A DNA stretch of 64,000 bases from Lingula anatina. Lineage: Eukaryota > Animalia > Brachiopoda. The translations under genes and the position numbers were made by a program. This document shows, piece after piece, positions 23,363 through 37,966 of the stretch (the stretch's first letter is position 1; every line of letters starts with the position of its first letter). The DNA lies in the NCBI GenBank assembly GCA_051362555.1, contig CM120647.1:18080651-18144650 (forward strand), read 5' to 3'. The notes under the pieces were generated by a model that worked only from the letters and a program-made list of their open reading frames with translations, searched no databases and was not told where the DNA came from.

Positions 23363-24759
23363 CTATCTGCGTTTTTTCTTGCTTTTCTTCTCCTCTTTTG
23401 CTGGAGCCTGAGATAATCTTTCATATAAATAGTATAAAAGCATGAGAACAGCTGCTGGGATCAACAGAAACTGAAGAGTCTTCAGTAGTTTCCCTTCAAC
23501 GGTTTTCTTAGTCAGTCCCACTAGCTCTGTATCGAAATGAAGAGTGGCTCCACCTGCAAAATAAGTTTTTTAATGTTACTTTAATGTCAGAAAGTACACC
23601 ACTGAAACTGCATTTCTAACTGTTTTTCCCAAACATGTATCTCTTATTATTATTATTATTATCATTTTTGCTGTTATTTTATTTTCTCATTATTTTATCA
23701 TCCTATTTATTCCTTTAATTTATTATTATCATTTGTAAATAAAGACACTACCTAGATAGCAGTTGAGTACATTTTAAGCACCCCTATTTAAACTATTATT
23801 TACAACATTATATAATATTTCATATCATTATATAACCACTTTTAATGGAGTCCGTTGGTCAACAGTATAAAAATATACTTTCTGCTATGTTAATAATATA
23901 ATAATAATATATTTATTTCGAGTCTAAAATCCATAAAATGTTCAATAGACTGTACAACATAAATACAAAGAAGTTTATAGATATAAATAGTTTAGATATA
24001 TATTATATAAATCAGAACTAGACTAAATTGTAATAAACAGTAATAAAAGTAAAAAACCCAAGGTTTCTTTAATGTAAAATTTAAAATTCATGAATAAAAT
24101 GTCTTAAAAATGTGAGTTTTCAATTCCTTTTTAAAAGTTCATAATTTTTCCCAAGGTAACCCTACATTGTTTCAGGTTCTTGGGCGAATTTAATAAGGAA
24201 TCTCATTAAATTGTAATGCATTCAAATTTAGTGCAATAATTATAACCTGGTATTGTACTCTACCTGGAATGACAGGGGGGTGCCCTTTTTTACCATAAGC
24301 GAGATGAGATGGAATGATAAGTTTTCTTTTCTCACTGAAAAAAGACCAGAAATACAAATAGGTGTGCAATTCCAAAATAATGATATATATGCAAGAGATG
24401 AAATTTACAGCAAAAGACTTCACTGCAAGTTCAAAATACCCAACATCCCATTAGGTTAATTTTTGTCTGAGTTCATAAAATGTCAACTCAATTAAAAGTT
24501 TGAAATTTTATTATGTGCGTAAGTTTGTAAAATTCATGTGAACAATAAAAAATTAAGAGTAACTCACCCAACACACATCCCTAAAATCCCTTGTTCCCAA
24601 CCTGAAATTATACAAATTATCAGCCAAAGGCACTACAAGCGTTCCATTTTCTCTCAAAGAAGCCATTTCTAGCTTCGATTATTCACTCCCCTTATTCAAC
24701 TTTATCTACCCATATTTCTTGTTCCACTCTCAATGAATCTATTCCTTTTTTATGCACCC

Positions 24760-24819
<60 letters not shown>

Positions 24820-24845
24820 CTCTCTCTCTCAATCTTTTTCACCCA

Positions 24846-24876
<31 letters not shown>

Positions 24877-27800
24877 CACCATGCCTCACCCTTCATGATT
24901 ACCTGGAATAACTTTCCCTGCTCCCAGTGTAAATGGCAGGGGTGACCTGCCCTCAGTGCGTGAAGAATCAAACACAGAACCATCATCTAATTTCCCCTGC
25001 ACATGGAAGAATACATGCAATCATGCAGTAAACAAATCAAAATAATAGTTAATCTACCTGTACAGTACATGCACTTGTACCTTGACAGCAGTACATTTAA
25101 GTCTGAACAATCTAAAATTAAAATGAAAAATTGCAGAAAAATTCAGGAGCCGGTTTTATCATGGTTGGATGGTTAAATGGCTGCTATCCTGATACCCGGA
25201 CCAGAATGTCAAGAATTATTTACTTTTCCACCCCTCCATGGCATTGTCCCTTGTAAATATCACCCTCACTGCTACTTCAACAATATTTAATTGTAATATA
25301 GCACATGTAAGTAAAATGTACCATTTCCCAGTGCCAATGAAACAGATTACAGACCTTACTAATGTTGAGCTACTTACACAATACTAGTACTAGAAACAGT
25401 TTAAAATTATGCCTTAAGAACTATTCTGTAAATATGCCTTTTGGTACACGTTGCAGTGAGGATGGGTGGGGGTGGGGGCGGGGGGGGGGGGGGGGGCGGT
25501 ACATGTACTTACCGTATAATGAACTTCAACATGGTCTCCGTCGCCTGCCTTTACACTGCAGTCTGTAGGCTTGTGCTGCGAAATAGAAATACGATTACAG
25601 ACATTGAACGTTAAGTAACTGTGGTGATAAAATGCAACATGAGGCTATTTCACACTATAGCACATGTACTAATACTAAAATCTAAATACAAGTAAGGGTA
25701 CCTCCCCCCCCCTCCCTCCCTCACACGACGAGCCTTATTCTGAGTAAAAAATAGAATTATTAAAAGTAGAAAATAAATTGCTGCTTGTAAAACTTGTAAT
25801 GCAGTGCGATGGCCAGTGACAGAGCTAGATCTGAAGTTCAATGAACTTATTTAAAGTGAGAATTTGCTGCGGTATTAAGTGGTTATATTACACTACACTA
25901 GGTATATCACAATCCGCTAGGGGCGCTACAGTCGTAACTGTCCAGTGGCAGTGAAGTGTAAAACTGAAGTCGGCCTGCTGACAGCTCGCCTATGGCACCC
26001 CTTTTTTAAATCTCTCTTTTAGCGCCGCGTAAAAAACTAATACAAGCCATTAACTAAATAAGCTGTAAATCAAAGAGTAAAATCCGGTCACGTGATTTTC
26101 CCGTGTTGCAGTCTTTGAGAAGTTTCAGTTCAGGGTGTTTGAAGTTTTGCCTCGACAAAATGCTCAAAAATGTCAGGGAAGTACTGGTTTCAGTTTTTTA
26201 AAATTTATATCGAATAAAGTTTATGAAATTTGCAATATTATGTAAAAAAATCATGAAAACTAGAGGATCAGAGAGGCGATACCGCCTCCTGGTATAGTAC
26301 CACCAGCTGGGGCATGCGCATTTGTATGGGAAAGAAAAAGAAAGTGGGGCCCCACCTGTACGGTTGTGGTTGACAAGCTTCAGGAAATGCAGTAAACAAG
26401 ATTTTTTTTCTTTTTTTTTCTTTTTGTACATAATTATCATTTATAAAGAAATTGTGGGGAACAGTGAAAGGTAAAATTCAAGGTTATAGTAAGATTGTAA
26501 ATGTAGGACCTGGAATTTAAGCTGTTTACATACTGTAATGGGAACAATGTTTAATGTTTGTTCATTTTCAGGTTTAGCTTTGTTGCCTTTTATCCACCTA
26601 AACAAACCAGCTTAAAGGGATCATAACTGTTCTTATAAGATCTATATTTCACAGTAAAAAACACTGTGAAGAACTCATAGAAATATAATATATTCTATTT
26701 TACCACAAAAACGGCAGTTATAGCTATTATTCTGATATCTGAGCTTGTCTTTAGAACACATGACCTCCATTTATGACTATACTCTGTTATAATCTCTGAA
26801 AAGAGAAAAATACCAGGGACTAATTTTAAATGTAAAAATGGATTCATTAACCATTGGTAAGTATGGGAAAATTGTTGTTTACTCAGGAAAATTCATTTTT
26901 TGGCCAAAACAAAGAGCTATTATTTCTTTAAGTATTTCAGTATTGAAACTACGAACTTGGCATAAAAATAAAATGTCTTTGTACCTGTAAACTAAATGAG
27001 ATGTATATTTCACAATAAAAAGATTGTGAACAATTCATAGAAATATAATATATTCTGTTTTACCACAAAAACGGCAGTTAAAGCTATTGTTCTGATATTA
27101 ATTATTAATTATTATATTAATATTTTTACATTTATATGTTTTAATGTGTATTTACTTGAAATAGGTACTTTAATTGATTCATCACTTTTTGTCAAAACAT
27201 AGTTCTTGAAAGTGTAGCTTTTGAAAATAAAACTTTTTTTATTACAGAAATGACTTATTTTGTATAACATATGACTTCATCTTCAATTTTAACAGTACGT
27301 ACTAGCGTATCTCTGCCAGCTTTGGAGATATGAAAATTGAAAAATTTGTAAAATGCAGTTCCTGCTAAAAAGTAGTCCAAATCAAATTTAAGGTCACATT
27401 AACATATCCCATTCAATTTCAATAGCCACTGCAGGTGTATATGTGCCACTTTTGAATAACAAATAGGTCAAAGGTCAATTTCAGGGTCAAAATAAGAATG
27501 AAAATATACGACTTCTTATTCAAGTTCAATTGTAACTAATGGTGCATCCCTGCCAGGTTGAGAGATAAAAGGGACAAAAATTTGAAAGGTTCAGTTTATG
27601 GTAAAAAGTGTGTCAAAGGTCAATTTCAAGGTCACTGTTGGATTAACAGCATATGACTTCCATAAGTCAATAGCAACTTTGGGCTTATCTCTGCTAGGTC
27701 TGGAGATAAAAGGGAAAGAAAATTTGCAAGGTTCAGTTTATGGCGAAAAGTAGGTCAAAGGTCAATTTCAAGGTCACAGTTTGACTGCCAGTATATCACT

Positions 27801-29096
27801 TCCTATTCAAGGTCAATAGTAACTATAGGTGTATCTTTGCCAGTTTTTGGGTATTTCCAGAATAAGAGAGGATTTTCAGTTTTGGCATCTAAGTAACGGC
27901 TGCTTCTCCCGTGAAAATGCACTGATTGAACCCAATCTCCCAAAGATGAAAGGAGTCCCCAATTTTAACCCCTCACTGTAATATAAGAGCTTAAGTCTGT
28001 GTAGTTTCTGAAAATTGCCACAAACAAATATTTTTTTGCAGAAAATTCCCATTTTTAGACAATTTTGGCCTATTTGACCTTGAAATAAAAGTCAAAGGTC
28101 AAATCCAAGGGCATATTTAGAATCTTTACATATGACTTTCGGTCAGACTTCTATGGTAATTTTTCCCATAATTCCTTCAGTTTTGGAGATATTTGGCATT
28201 GAATTTTCAAAAATTTTGACAAGGGTGCATTTTCATGAGCTTCACGCCCAGGCCAATGCACCAACTGAGACCAAAAAAACAGGGGGTTCAAGTTGAGATT
28301 ATATGTAACCTAAATCCAAAAGATGGGAGCATGGGTCCATACCGTCTAGGAGGAGAAGCGGTAACGGTGACTTGTATCCGGCGCCAGAACATGGAGCCGG
28401 CGGAGCCGCAGGAGCCGGCGGAGCCAACGGAGCCGTACGACACGGGTCGGGACTAAAACCATGAGTACCGCCAGCGTACACGCTGGTGGTACTAATTAAA
28501 CCATGCGAAGTATAGTTTATTTGATGCGCAATATTTATAGTACTTGATCTGCACGGAAGCCATCCCAGCCATGTGCTTGTGCGGTCGCCAATTTGGGTTT
28601 GTTTCCGGGTCATTAGATTAACATACAGCCATAATTGCCCTAATTGGTCACAAGCAATTTGAGCTGCAGCTACAGCTGAGTGATCACCGCTGGTCAGTAG
28701 TGACAGGTTTTAAGCTGAAAAGTGTGGACACTTTTGGTGCATTTTTGCAATAAAAAACTTCAATATCTTTGTTGCTTGTAGGAATATTAAAAAAATTCCA
28801 AGTGATTTCATCCGGTTTTTACATTACCTTTCAGATGATATAAGTATTATAATTTTCTGATCAGTTTGAAAATTTTTCTGATATACCTAACTACACTACA
28901 GCTGTCGGGTTGCAGCACGAAAATTAAAACAGTTATATTATTACTATACAATGTCACAATTTCTCTTTCTTTGCCCCAGAATCATGCAGCTTACCTCTGT
29001 AATTATTTGGAGTTCCTTCTTCTTTTTAGCACACTCGACTATCAGTAATGAACAAGTTATATACTGCAGTGCAGTCCACAGCCAGCGTACGTCCAT
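23363..29096 (-). CDS. FKBP11: ER membrane FKBP-type peptidyl-prolyl isomerase (FKBP11-like); exons 29096-28995, 25575-25513, 24996-24903, 24601-24568, 24334-24264, 23553-23363
   Basis: Signal peptide [27 protein letters not shown] domain GDHVEVHYT|[22 protein letters not shown]|[12 protein letters not shown]|[15 protein letters not shown]|[11 protein letters not shown]-terminal TM segment ([16 protein letters not shown]) and lysine-rich tail distinguish it from soluble FKBP2. Confidence 0.88.
26258..28496 (-). mobile_element. Non-autonomous Helitron/Helentron-like element, copy 1 (in FKBP11 intron 1)
   Basis: Both ends are shared with 43135-45023. On the minus strand, a GC-rich hairpin (GAGGCG...CGCCTC) precedes a terminal CTAG. 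The other end has the hairpin AGTACCGCCAGCGTACACGCTGGTGGTACT. No TSD seen. Internal ~145-bp repeats. Confidence 0.7.
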
Positions 29097-29215
29097 GTTT
29101 ATACACGTTGATCGTCACCTTCATCGCAATTAGGTCAAGGCCGTCACAACTATCGCATTTAAGCACAGGCTTCAAACAACTGCGCATGCACGAAAAGTGC
29201 GCTGTTTGAAATATA

Positions 29216-30525
29216 TGGAACGCCATCCACGCAAAAAATCAGACTTGCAATTTAATAGCCAAATAACATTCTAACAGCCTACAAGAAATCTAACAGTGGT
29301 CAAAATAATCTAATAGCCAACTCATAAAATTTAACAGTGTTAAAAAATCTAATAGCCACTCATAAAATTTAACAGCGTTAAAAAATCTTACAGCCAACTT
29401 ATAATCTTACAGCCAACTTCTCAAAACAGCCAAGTGAGCATTTTACGCTAGAGGTCACTGCTGTCACGGGTCTATCCGTGGACAGCGCGTAAAGTGATGA
29501 CGTACGTCTTTAAATATGAATGTAACTCCCTGTGCTTGTAATATATTCTCTTTTCTGTATATGAACATGTAACATAAAGATAAACTCCCAAGTACGCATA
29601 TGTTTGTCCTAATTGAATATTTTATGTGGTTTTGATATTAATCTGGAATGAATTTAGCGTGAAAATGTAAATAAGCAAATTAAGCCTCAGTATACATAGA
29701 ATTATTTCCCCATTGTTTTGGTCCCTTTACCATATTTTTATTTTATAATAAAAATCTTTCCAACAAAGCGTTTGTTTTATCTTGTTCTATATATTAAATC
29801 ATTTATAAATATATGTTTCTAAAAGAATCATTTTAAATAGAACGTTCACTGTCATCCCATCGGTGATTGTAATGCGATGAACGTTGGACTTGTATTACCA
29901 TCGTAGTAAAACATGAGACTAGTGACCATGCATTGGGTGAAATTAGGTCACAGTTTTGATTCATGCATATGCAGATTACGTCCAGTTGCGTCCTATGATA
30001 GGACAATGCGTCCTAGGCACCGCCATGTTTTACCCTACGCGATGTAACCTTGCATTACTTTGTGCGGGTGTTTGAAACTGAACACCGTTTTCTTGTGCAT
30101 CTTTCGGGAAGGAACTCCACGTATTCCGGTGGCAAAATACTCTTTTATATTAGTTCTGATTCGACCTTCCATCCACGTAATGTGGATGTTAAACAACATC
30201 TCTCCATAGAAGTAGAGATCTCTCAGACTTCAGATGACGTCATCACTTTACGCGCCGTCCACGGATAGACCCGTGACAGCAGTGACCTCTAGCGTTAGAT
30301 GCTGACTTGGCTGTTTTGAGAAGTTGGCTGTAAGATTATGAGTTGGCTGTAAGATTTTTTAACGCTGTTAAATTTTATGAGTTGGCTATTAGATTTTTTA
30401 TCACTGTTAAATTTTATGAGTTGGCTATTAGATTATTTTGACCACTGTTAGATTTCTTGTAGGCTGTTAGAATGTCATTTGGCTATTAAATTGCAAGTCT
30501 GATTTTTTGCGTGGATGGCGTTCCA
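29216..30525. mobile_element. Foldback-type non-autonomous DNA transposon with ~290-bp TIRs and TA TSD
   Basis: 29214-~29503 is the reverse complement of ~30237-30527. Arms contain short internal subrepeats (aatctaatagccaactcataaaatttaacag). Flanked by TA on both sides. Confidence 0.85.
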
Positions 30526-31857
30526 TAGTAATAAACAAGTTGGTGAAATTGACAAAGCCTGCCGGTGTTTACCGTCTGGTTGATTATATTTCATTTGCTC
30601 TCTGGTGTCTTTTTGAAAGTTTATATTAGAAATGTTTTATTGATTTTATGTTTTAAAAAGTAAATCCATCGGAATTCCTTAGAATAACATTTATTTTAGC
30701 TTCATTACAAGGGGATCCCCATTGTATTTATAGTGTTATATGTGGCCCCAATTGGGATTTTTCACCCCTCCCCCACTCTTGATACATAAAATGCGCCATG
30801 TGCCAGATTGAAAATGACGTTGCAAAATGTATTTAAAATCGTAGGAAGGTTAATTGCAGATAATGCTGCGAGGACATTCTTGTTCCAGGGCGAACTCGGC
30901 CAATATAAATTTTTTAACTTCGTCTCCCGGTTTTGCAGCGCCAGTTCTAATTTTTGAAAGCGAGGCAATGGAACCAAACAATACGACGCAATTTGTAATC
31001 TCGTAAAAATTGCTATTTTTCAATAAAGACTATAGCATGGAGTAAATTGAAATGCGACTCTTTTATTATCATGATCTTTAATAATCATTAATATAAAATG
31101 TACGATTGAAGAAGTTCTTGTTCCCGGCCTTTTTATTAACTTAATTGATTTTTTAAAGTATTTGGAGATTAAAAACAAAAAAGTTGTCTGGTTTCATATC
31201 GAGGCACTCCGTTTCGTTCGTGTGCTTCGCATTTACGAAATAGGCCACATTGATTATCCACACCAAGATGTTAGGCTACATTGTACGTTCATGCAGGTAC
31301 ATGAACACACATCCAAGTGTACCGGTACATGTACATGCAAACAAACGTTCAATATTGTTCTAATGCATTATCTGTTCAATATGAAGATTTAAAAAAAATA
31401 GAATACACCCAAAAAAGGGGAAAAAATGAAGAAAAAGGACCTTCAAGGAACGCGATGAACGTACGTACGCGTACACACATGTATACTGCCATATAGTAGG
31501 CCTACATGTATGTCTTTCAAACTAGATAAACTGGCGAATAGCGGGGGCCCCAAATTTAATACATAACAGGCGTATCCCCAATACTAGAAGTACTGTTATA
31601 TGTAAAGATAAAATCTGGAATATGTAAAGATAAAATGTTTCATTACTCCATGACAGTGCATGTATAGGTGGAATGAATAATTAAGCGTTTATACTTCGTG
31701 TGTGAGGACATGCAGGTAGCTAAAAGCACACAAATAAAGCAAACTCTGGTTAAGAAAATATCATTTTATTTCTTTTTAAACAAAGTATGTACCAGCAGTT
31801 AGTAAACGTTTAAAATACTTGTAATATTTCTGAAATCCTTTTTAAATAGATACTAAT

Positions 31858-31908
<51 letters not shown>

Positions 31909-32688
31909 GGTATATATGCCTACTTATTATGTTCCTGTCAGTGTACATTTGGTAGGCCTGCGTACGTTAACATGCAAATCACTGAATTATAATATAGATG
32001 TAGGCCTACTAGTAGCTCAGCCATGGACTGATCCTGGGTTCATTAGGCCTAATGCATTGCCCTGACAGCTACTTGAAGATAACTCGTCGGCAACAATTAA
32101 TTAATAATCCCTTTTCGTTATCCTGATTATCGCTTTTGATGGCGTTATATTAAGTTGGCAGTCATCAAGATTTGTTGCGTCTTCAGTGGGCAGGACTGTA
32201 TTACGCAAATACTTGTACAATTCAATAAAAAACCTTTTATACATATTAAAAACACATCTAAAAAACAAACCACAACGCTTTTTCATGTTGAAGAAATATG
32301 TTGACACTCTTCCAAATGACAAGGAGAAATTGCAAAAGCGTTTTATAAATATATATATACAGGTTGGTTCATGTCTTCCACTGTTCTTACATAAGACTAT
32401 TGTTTTTCAAATAAAAAAAAAGTTTCAAAAGATGCAATAATGCATATATAGGTCCAAGTAAACACAATAGGCAGATTCTGAACACAGATTCTTGTTTTTG
32501 TTCTTGATTAAATATAAAAACGAACGTTATAGAAAATATCAGAATTAGCCTATATACAGCAGCTAGGTACCCGGTTCATGTATATAAAAAATCACAATGT
32601 GATCTTTAAAATGAGAAGAAAAATTTCTTAATACTTCAAATTAAATCATGACCATGAACAAAACATTATCTTTGAAAGAAAGTTTCGT

Positions 32689-34228
32689 TTAGTTGATTTT
32701 ACAAGACCGCGAGGTTCCGTTGTACACGAAATCTCCCACTGCGCAGCTCCACGATGGCCGCGCCACGAGCTGATCACCAGGCGCCAACTGAAAAGCGGGA
32801 CAGCCAGGAGTGGACGCACCACTTAACATAGTAGTCATAAAGCTACTTGCAGTCGCAGCAACAGTGGCCATACAGGTGTCAAACAGTGTCAGATATGTAT
32901 CATTCTTTGTCGGTGTTAAGATTCCACTGAAGACTATCATTTCACCCTGAAAATATAATTTAAAGAGCATGAGTTACTTGTAGGCCTACTGGTATACACA
33001 TTTTTATTTGTTTCATAATATTGTGCGAAATCATACAGTGGTACTGGTAAAATTAGTCTGCAGGTTATAAAATATGAAAATCATTTTCATGAAAACATGG
33101 CACAAATGTAGAACTTCAGTACAAAGAAAAAGAAATTTAGATTCAGGTTTATCCGTATTGTTCATAGGGGGGCATAAAAGGCCAGTTTACACCCAGCAGT
33201 CAAAATGTTAGGCCCCTATTATAACGTTACCATAAATAACCAAAAACATTATGGTAATGTTTTAAAACATGTTGTGTTTGCTGGATATTCTATTAAAATC
33301 ACTGAAACAGGCTTAATATGTAGCCTACCGCTGTTATGACAATGGTAACATAGCAAAATATGGGTGTTTAATTTCTCTCTCTAATAAAACCTTTTCAATA
33401 AAACCATGTCTAAATATGAAAACTGCTAAAATCTGAAATAATACGTACCGCATTTTGGGACATGTTAAACTGTACTTCAAATCCGGGTTGCAAAGTGTAG
33501 GCGCATGACGCACTGATAGCGCCGATAACGATGTTTTGATACTGGGTCAAAAATTCTTCGGCTTTCTTCACATAGTGTATTGTGCATGTTTTATTTAGTG
33601 GGCCGCTCCATGTTATCCCATGAGAAAGTTGGAAACGAAGTTCTGGTTCTGTAGTTACTGAAATAATCGTCAGGCATAATCGAGGTTTTTTTTAAATCAT
33701 TTTCTCATATTTGATTGAATCGTGAACAGGATCTGCTGTGCATATTTCTTACGTAGACTATCAAAGTTGGAATATGGACGTCACAAAAAAATTTACAAAT
33801 CAGCTAGAAAGTAGACTGACTAATAAAAATGTGATTGAGTCACTGTTAAAAACTGTTGAACTCATCACTTCACTTGACTGGCCTCAGATTAAGGCTTCAT
33901 TCACATGCAATGTCTATTTTCTAAATTCTATTCGCGGCATGTCTTACGATCACTGTCTGTGCCCTGAATATCCCGCGGCGTAATTACTGGCAGCGCGAGC
34001 CCAGTTACTATAAGTTACTATAAGTAACTATCTCGCGCTGCCAGTAATTACGCGGCGGGATATTCAGGGCACAGACCGTGATCATAAGATAGCGCGAATA
34101 GAAAATAGATTTTTAGAAAATAGACATTCCATGTGAACGAAGCCTAAATGTCAGTCTGTCTGTCAGAATAACATGTTACATACTGAGAAACATACAAGTT
34201 GATATTCTGATACTGAAACTCACACTTT

Positions 34229-34278
<50 letters not shown>

Positions 34279-37200
34279 CTGCTATACTTACTTGGAGTTT
34301 GGCATTCCCGTCCAGTGAATTCTGGTCTACACAAACAAGTGACGCCATAGCGTTCTCCTGGATTTTCTATACAACTGCCTCCATTGTAACAAGGCTCTAA
34401 TGGACACCTGCGATCAGGTCCTGTGACAAAAGAAAAAAAATGGGGGTCAATCTTATCTAAATCGTCTCAAGTAATTAAATTTTCTTTCAAATCTTTTAGA
34501 TACAATCCAAAAGGTCTGGTTGAGCCTTTTATGTTGTTTAGAAAAACATGTCTTAGGCCTCATGAGAACAGACGATCCGAGTGCCAGGTGATCTGCTGAC
34601 TAAATATGTCCAACCACACTTCATAAGAGACGCCGCCGATTCTTGATGGTCTCAACGCCTCCACACGTTCTGTCGCTGCAGGGGCCTAGCAATTAAAACT
34701 CGGAGCTGAGATTTTATCCCTACTCCAGTATAATGGCAGAGGACCATCAGGACTCGCGGGCATTTCTTTTGAAGAGTCGATGCCCATATTTACTGGGCGG
34801 ATCAGTTAGTACTCAGATCATGTATTCTGAATGGGGCCTGAAATTAATTACACAATTTTACTTTGACAAACTGTAAACTCTGATAAATAATGAAACATTT
34901 TAAGTATTGGTAGAAAAGAACATTTACACTGAAGTACCAAAATCATATTTCACGTTTCCATTTACATGTTTATACATTACCCACAAAGAGTTTAATCACA
35001 TAGATCAATGTCCTATAGTTACATCTAGTCATTTGTTCATCATGTCTTAGTCATGTATTAAACACATGTTTACTAACCTGTGGCACGATCACACCAGCCT
35101 ATCCTCCTGTTATATTCTGAGTAATTGTCGTGTTCACATTTCCAGTCTACAGTTAAATACACTTGTGCAGTGACAATTGCAGGACAGTTAAGATAACGAC
35201 CAAAAATGTGAAGTCCACCAAATATTGAATTGATCTTTTCATGTATTGGTTGTATAATACCCCCAACACACGATGCAAGTTTTGAACTTGAAAGACCCCT
35301 TGACATATACATAAAGCTGGTCTCAAACGGATTCTGGAAGTAAAAAATATAATGACATTTGGAACAGTGTATACATGTTGTAAGTGAAAATGTAAATACT
35401 AGCTAAGCATTTATCCGTTATTGACTACTCGCTTATATATATATATATATATACAGTACATGACATTTAATATGGAATATTTCAGTTTCGAAGGTATGCC
35501 TATGTAAAAATGCGTTCTTTTTTCAAAAAACTTCGATCTCAAATAAGATTTGTGAATGGAGAAGTGTGTAGTCAGGTGTGTCGCTATCAATTAACTGACT
35601 TCCATGTCTGTTGCGCTGTTACATTATGCAATATGCAGTGATTTAATTCGGTAGTGTTCCTTTGGGCTGGTCAACGCTTGGCTTAGGCAGAGCTTGGTTA
35701 TGTAAAAAAATATCCATATATCGGCAACTACGTATACTGCAGAGAAGAATTTGAAATTTTGCATGCTAGCGGTCAGTTTTGTAGTGCGTTAAATGGGCTA
35801 AGTAGTGCTTTACATATTTGTTAATCTGTGGCAGAATGGCGCGAAAAAGACAGACATTTCCAGACAGATTATAGTGCCAAACGAAACGGATCGCACAGTT
35901 TTATAGAGTAATGCTCAGACTGATGGACTTACACAGAGATCACACCCAATTTATCAAGACCCACCGTCATACGCTGTTGCAACTAAACAAAAACCATCCA
36001 GTCCGTTCAGAACGAGGGGTAAATTGCTACCAAAATGCGTTCTTCAAGGCCCTTAGCGAACACCAAACTGCTTTTAGCAGGTAAGAACCAGACGACCTCC
36101 GAGGTACCCACTGTAAACAGCAAAACATCGTCGTCTGATTCTATAATGAATTGGGGCCATGGCCGTTTCTGGGTAGAACTCTGAAACCGCGTGGCTTTCT
36201 TTATTGAGGTTAGATTTCACCTGTACCACCCAACTAGTCAAAACAGAGTCTACAGACATCTAGAAGAGGCCTACGACGAAACATGTGCCGCGTCTTAAGT
36301 GACACGGGTCATTGACAGCATCAGTATTTGGAGTGGATACCACATTGGTGCCAAAACGCCAATTGTAATCATAACGAAAACCTGAACCAGATCAAATAAA
36401 GGAATAATCTGGGAACCACTTGACCATCATTTGATAGGGGGCGCCTTAGGAACAATTTTAAGTTGCACGGTGAGATTGCTGGTTCACACTGAGCACTTAT
36501 AATAGCAGATAACTTACAAAACCAAGGGAATTCATGAGCAGCTACCCTGGTCATCAAAATCGCCACATTTGAACCGCAAAGACAATATGTGGGTAGGCCA
36601 TTACTCTCCGAATTAACGGCCTACATGTCCTATAACAAAACTGGACCAAAATAGACAATTTTTGACCGATGCCTGAAATATTATTCCTAATTGAACTCTA
36701 AAAACCTATTCCAAGTAATAACTTGCCGCTTGATGTAACAGCGACCGTTACTGTGACTAGACACTGACATGACGGTCCTTTTTGGAGCGTGTAACTCTTT
36801 TACAGATGATAATTAGGAAAGTATGGAGATCCAAAATCTCTTTTAATGGGTGTCTTATGACATAGAATAGGGAATGTATTTCTGTTTGCTTCACTGTCGA
36901 ATTCAATCAATGAACTGATGTCACCATGACATCAAAAAGATAATTTAAAGTTATTAAAATACGATTTTAATCCTCATTCTCATTTATCAGTCAGCAAAAT
37001 AGGAAAAAACTGATGAAAAATGATTTGGAAAAAAATATTCCATACTAAATGTCAAGTCTATATATATATATGTCCGTCTTTATAACTTCATATGCATATG
37101 CATTCCTTACCTTAGACATTACTGACTGATTAAGAAGTGTCATATTGACTGGGTGAACATAAACATGGTCTTCCCTACAGGCACCGTCAACAAGTCCAAC

Positions 37201-37917
37201 CATTTCTGCCCTCAAATTAGAAAGCTGGGTTAATGCCTTATCTCTGTAGCCCCTAAGGCAGGTAATATTAAGACCAGTGAGGTTAAAACTTGGATGGAAG
37301 TTCAGTACCAGCGATGGAGCTGAAAATTAGGGTAAAAGAAATGAAATGGGACAAACATTTTAATTAGCGCCATTAACTATTCATGATTTATGCCCGTCTT
37401 CAAATATTCCAAGGTGCAATTATTGTATGAAACTCTACATCTGCTGAAAATAAAAACACATTTTTATAATTTTAAAAAAAGAATTAGTAAATAATTATGC
37501 TAAAGAGCCATATTACTTGAAGATCACTATACCAATAATACTTACTTGGTCTGCAGTAATGAGTGACTGGATCCAGACCAGACATATTGAAGCAGCGAAA
37601 CCCAGAATACACCTCTGATGTCCCACGTTTTCCCAACTCCACCACTTTACGACATTCAGCTGTTGTGCTCAAAGCAGATGTATTCAAACCAGAGAACAAG
37701 TTTCTGATGGCAGGTTTCAAACTCTCTCCACATGTTGACACCAGGTTTGGTGTGATGGGTACCCACCACCGGCGGCTCCTAATTCCCAGAGTCAGTCTGA
37801 CCTTAACTGAAGTCTGAGAGGAAAATGAAATTCAAATTTATTGGTAATTTGAAGTTAAGAGGGGAGTGGTGTGTACTACCAATGTCATCTATCAAATTAA
37901 ATTATTATTGTTTATTA

Positions 37918-37966
<49 letters not shown>

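Noticed and set aside
28235-28613. Duplicated small ORFs (28235-28456 and 44801-44983, [14 protein letters not shown])
   Set aside because: Both lie in the terminal part of the Helitron-like repeat. The similarity is explained by the DNA repeat, and no protein motif was recognised.
23363-29096. FKBP2 assignment
   Set aside because: The C-terminal TM helix and lysine-rich tail fit FKBP11. There is no soluble ER-retention tail.
32101-32440. Additional terminal exon or small gene downstream of the modular gene
   Set aside because: The modular ORF already stops at 32689, and these AT-rich ORFs show no motif or convincing splice support.
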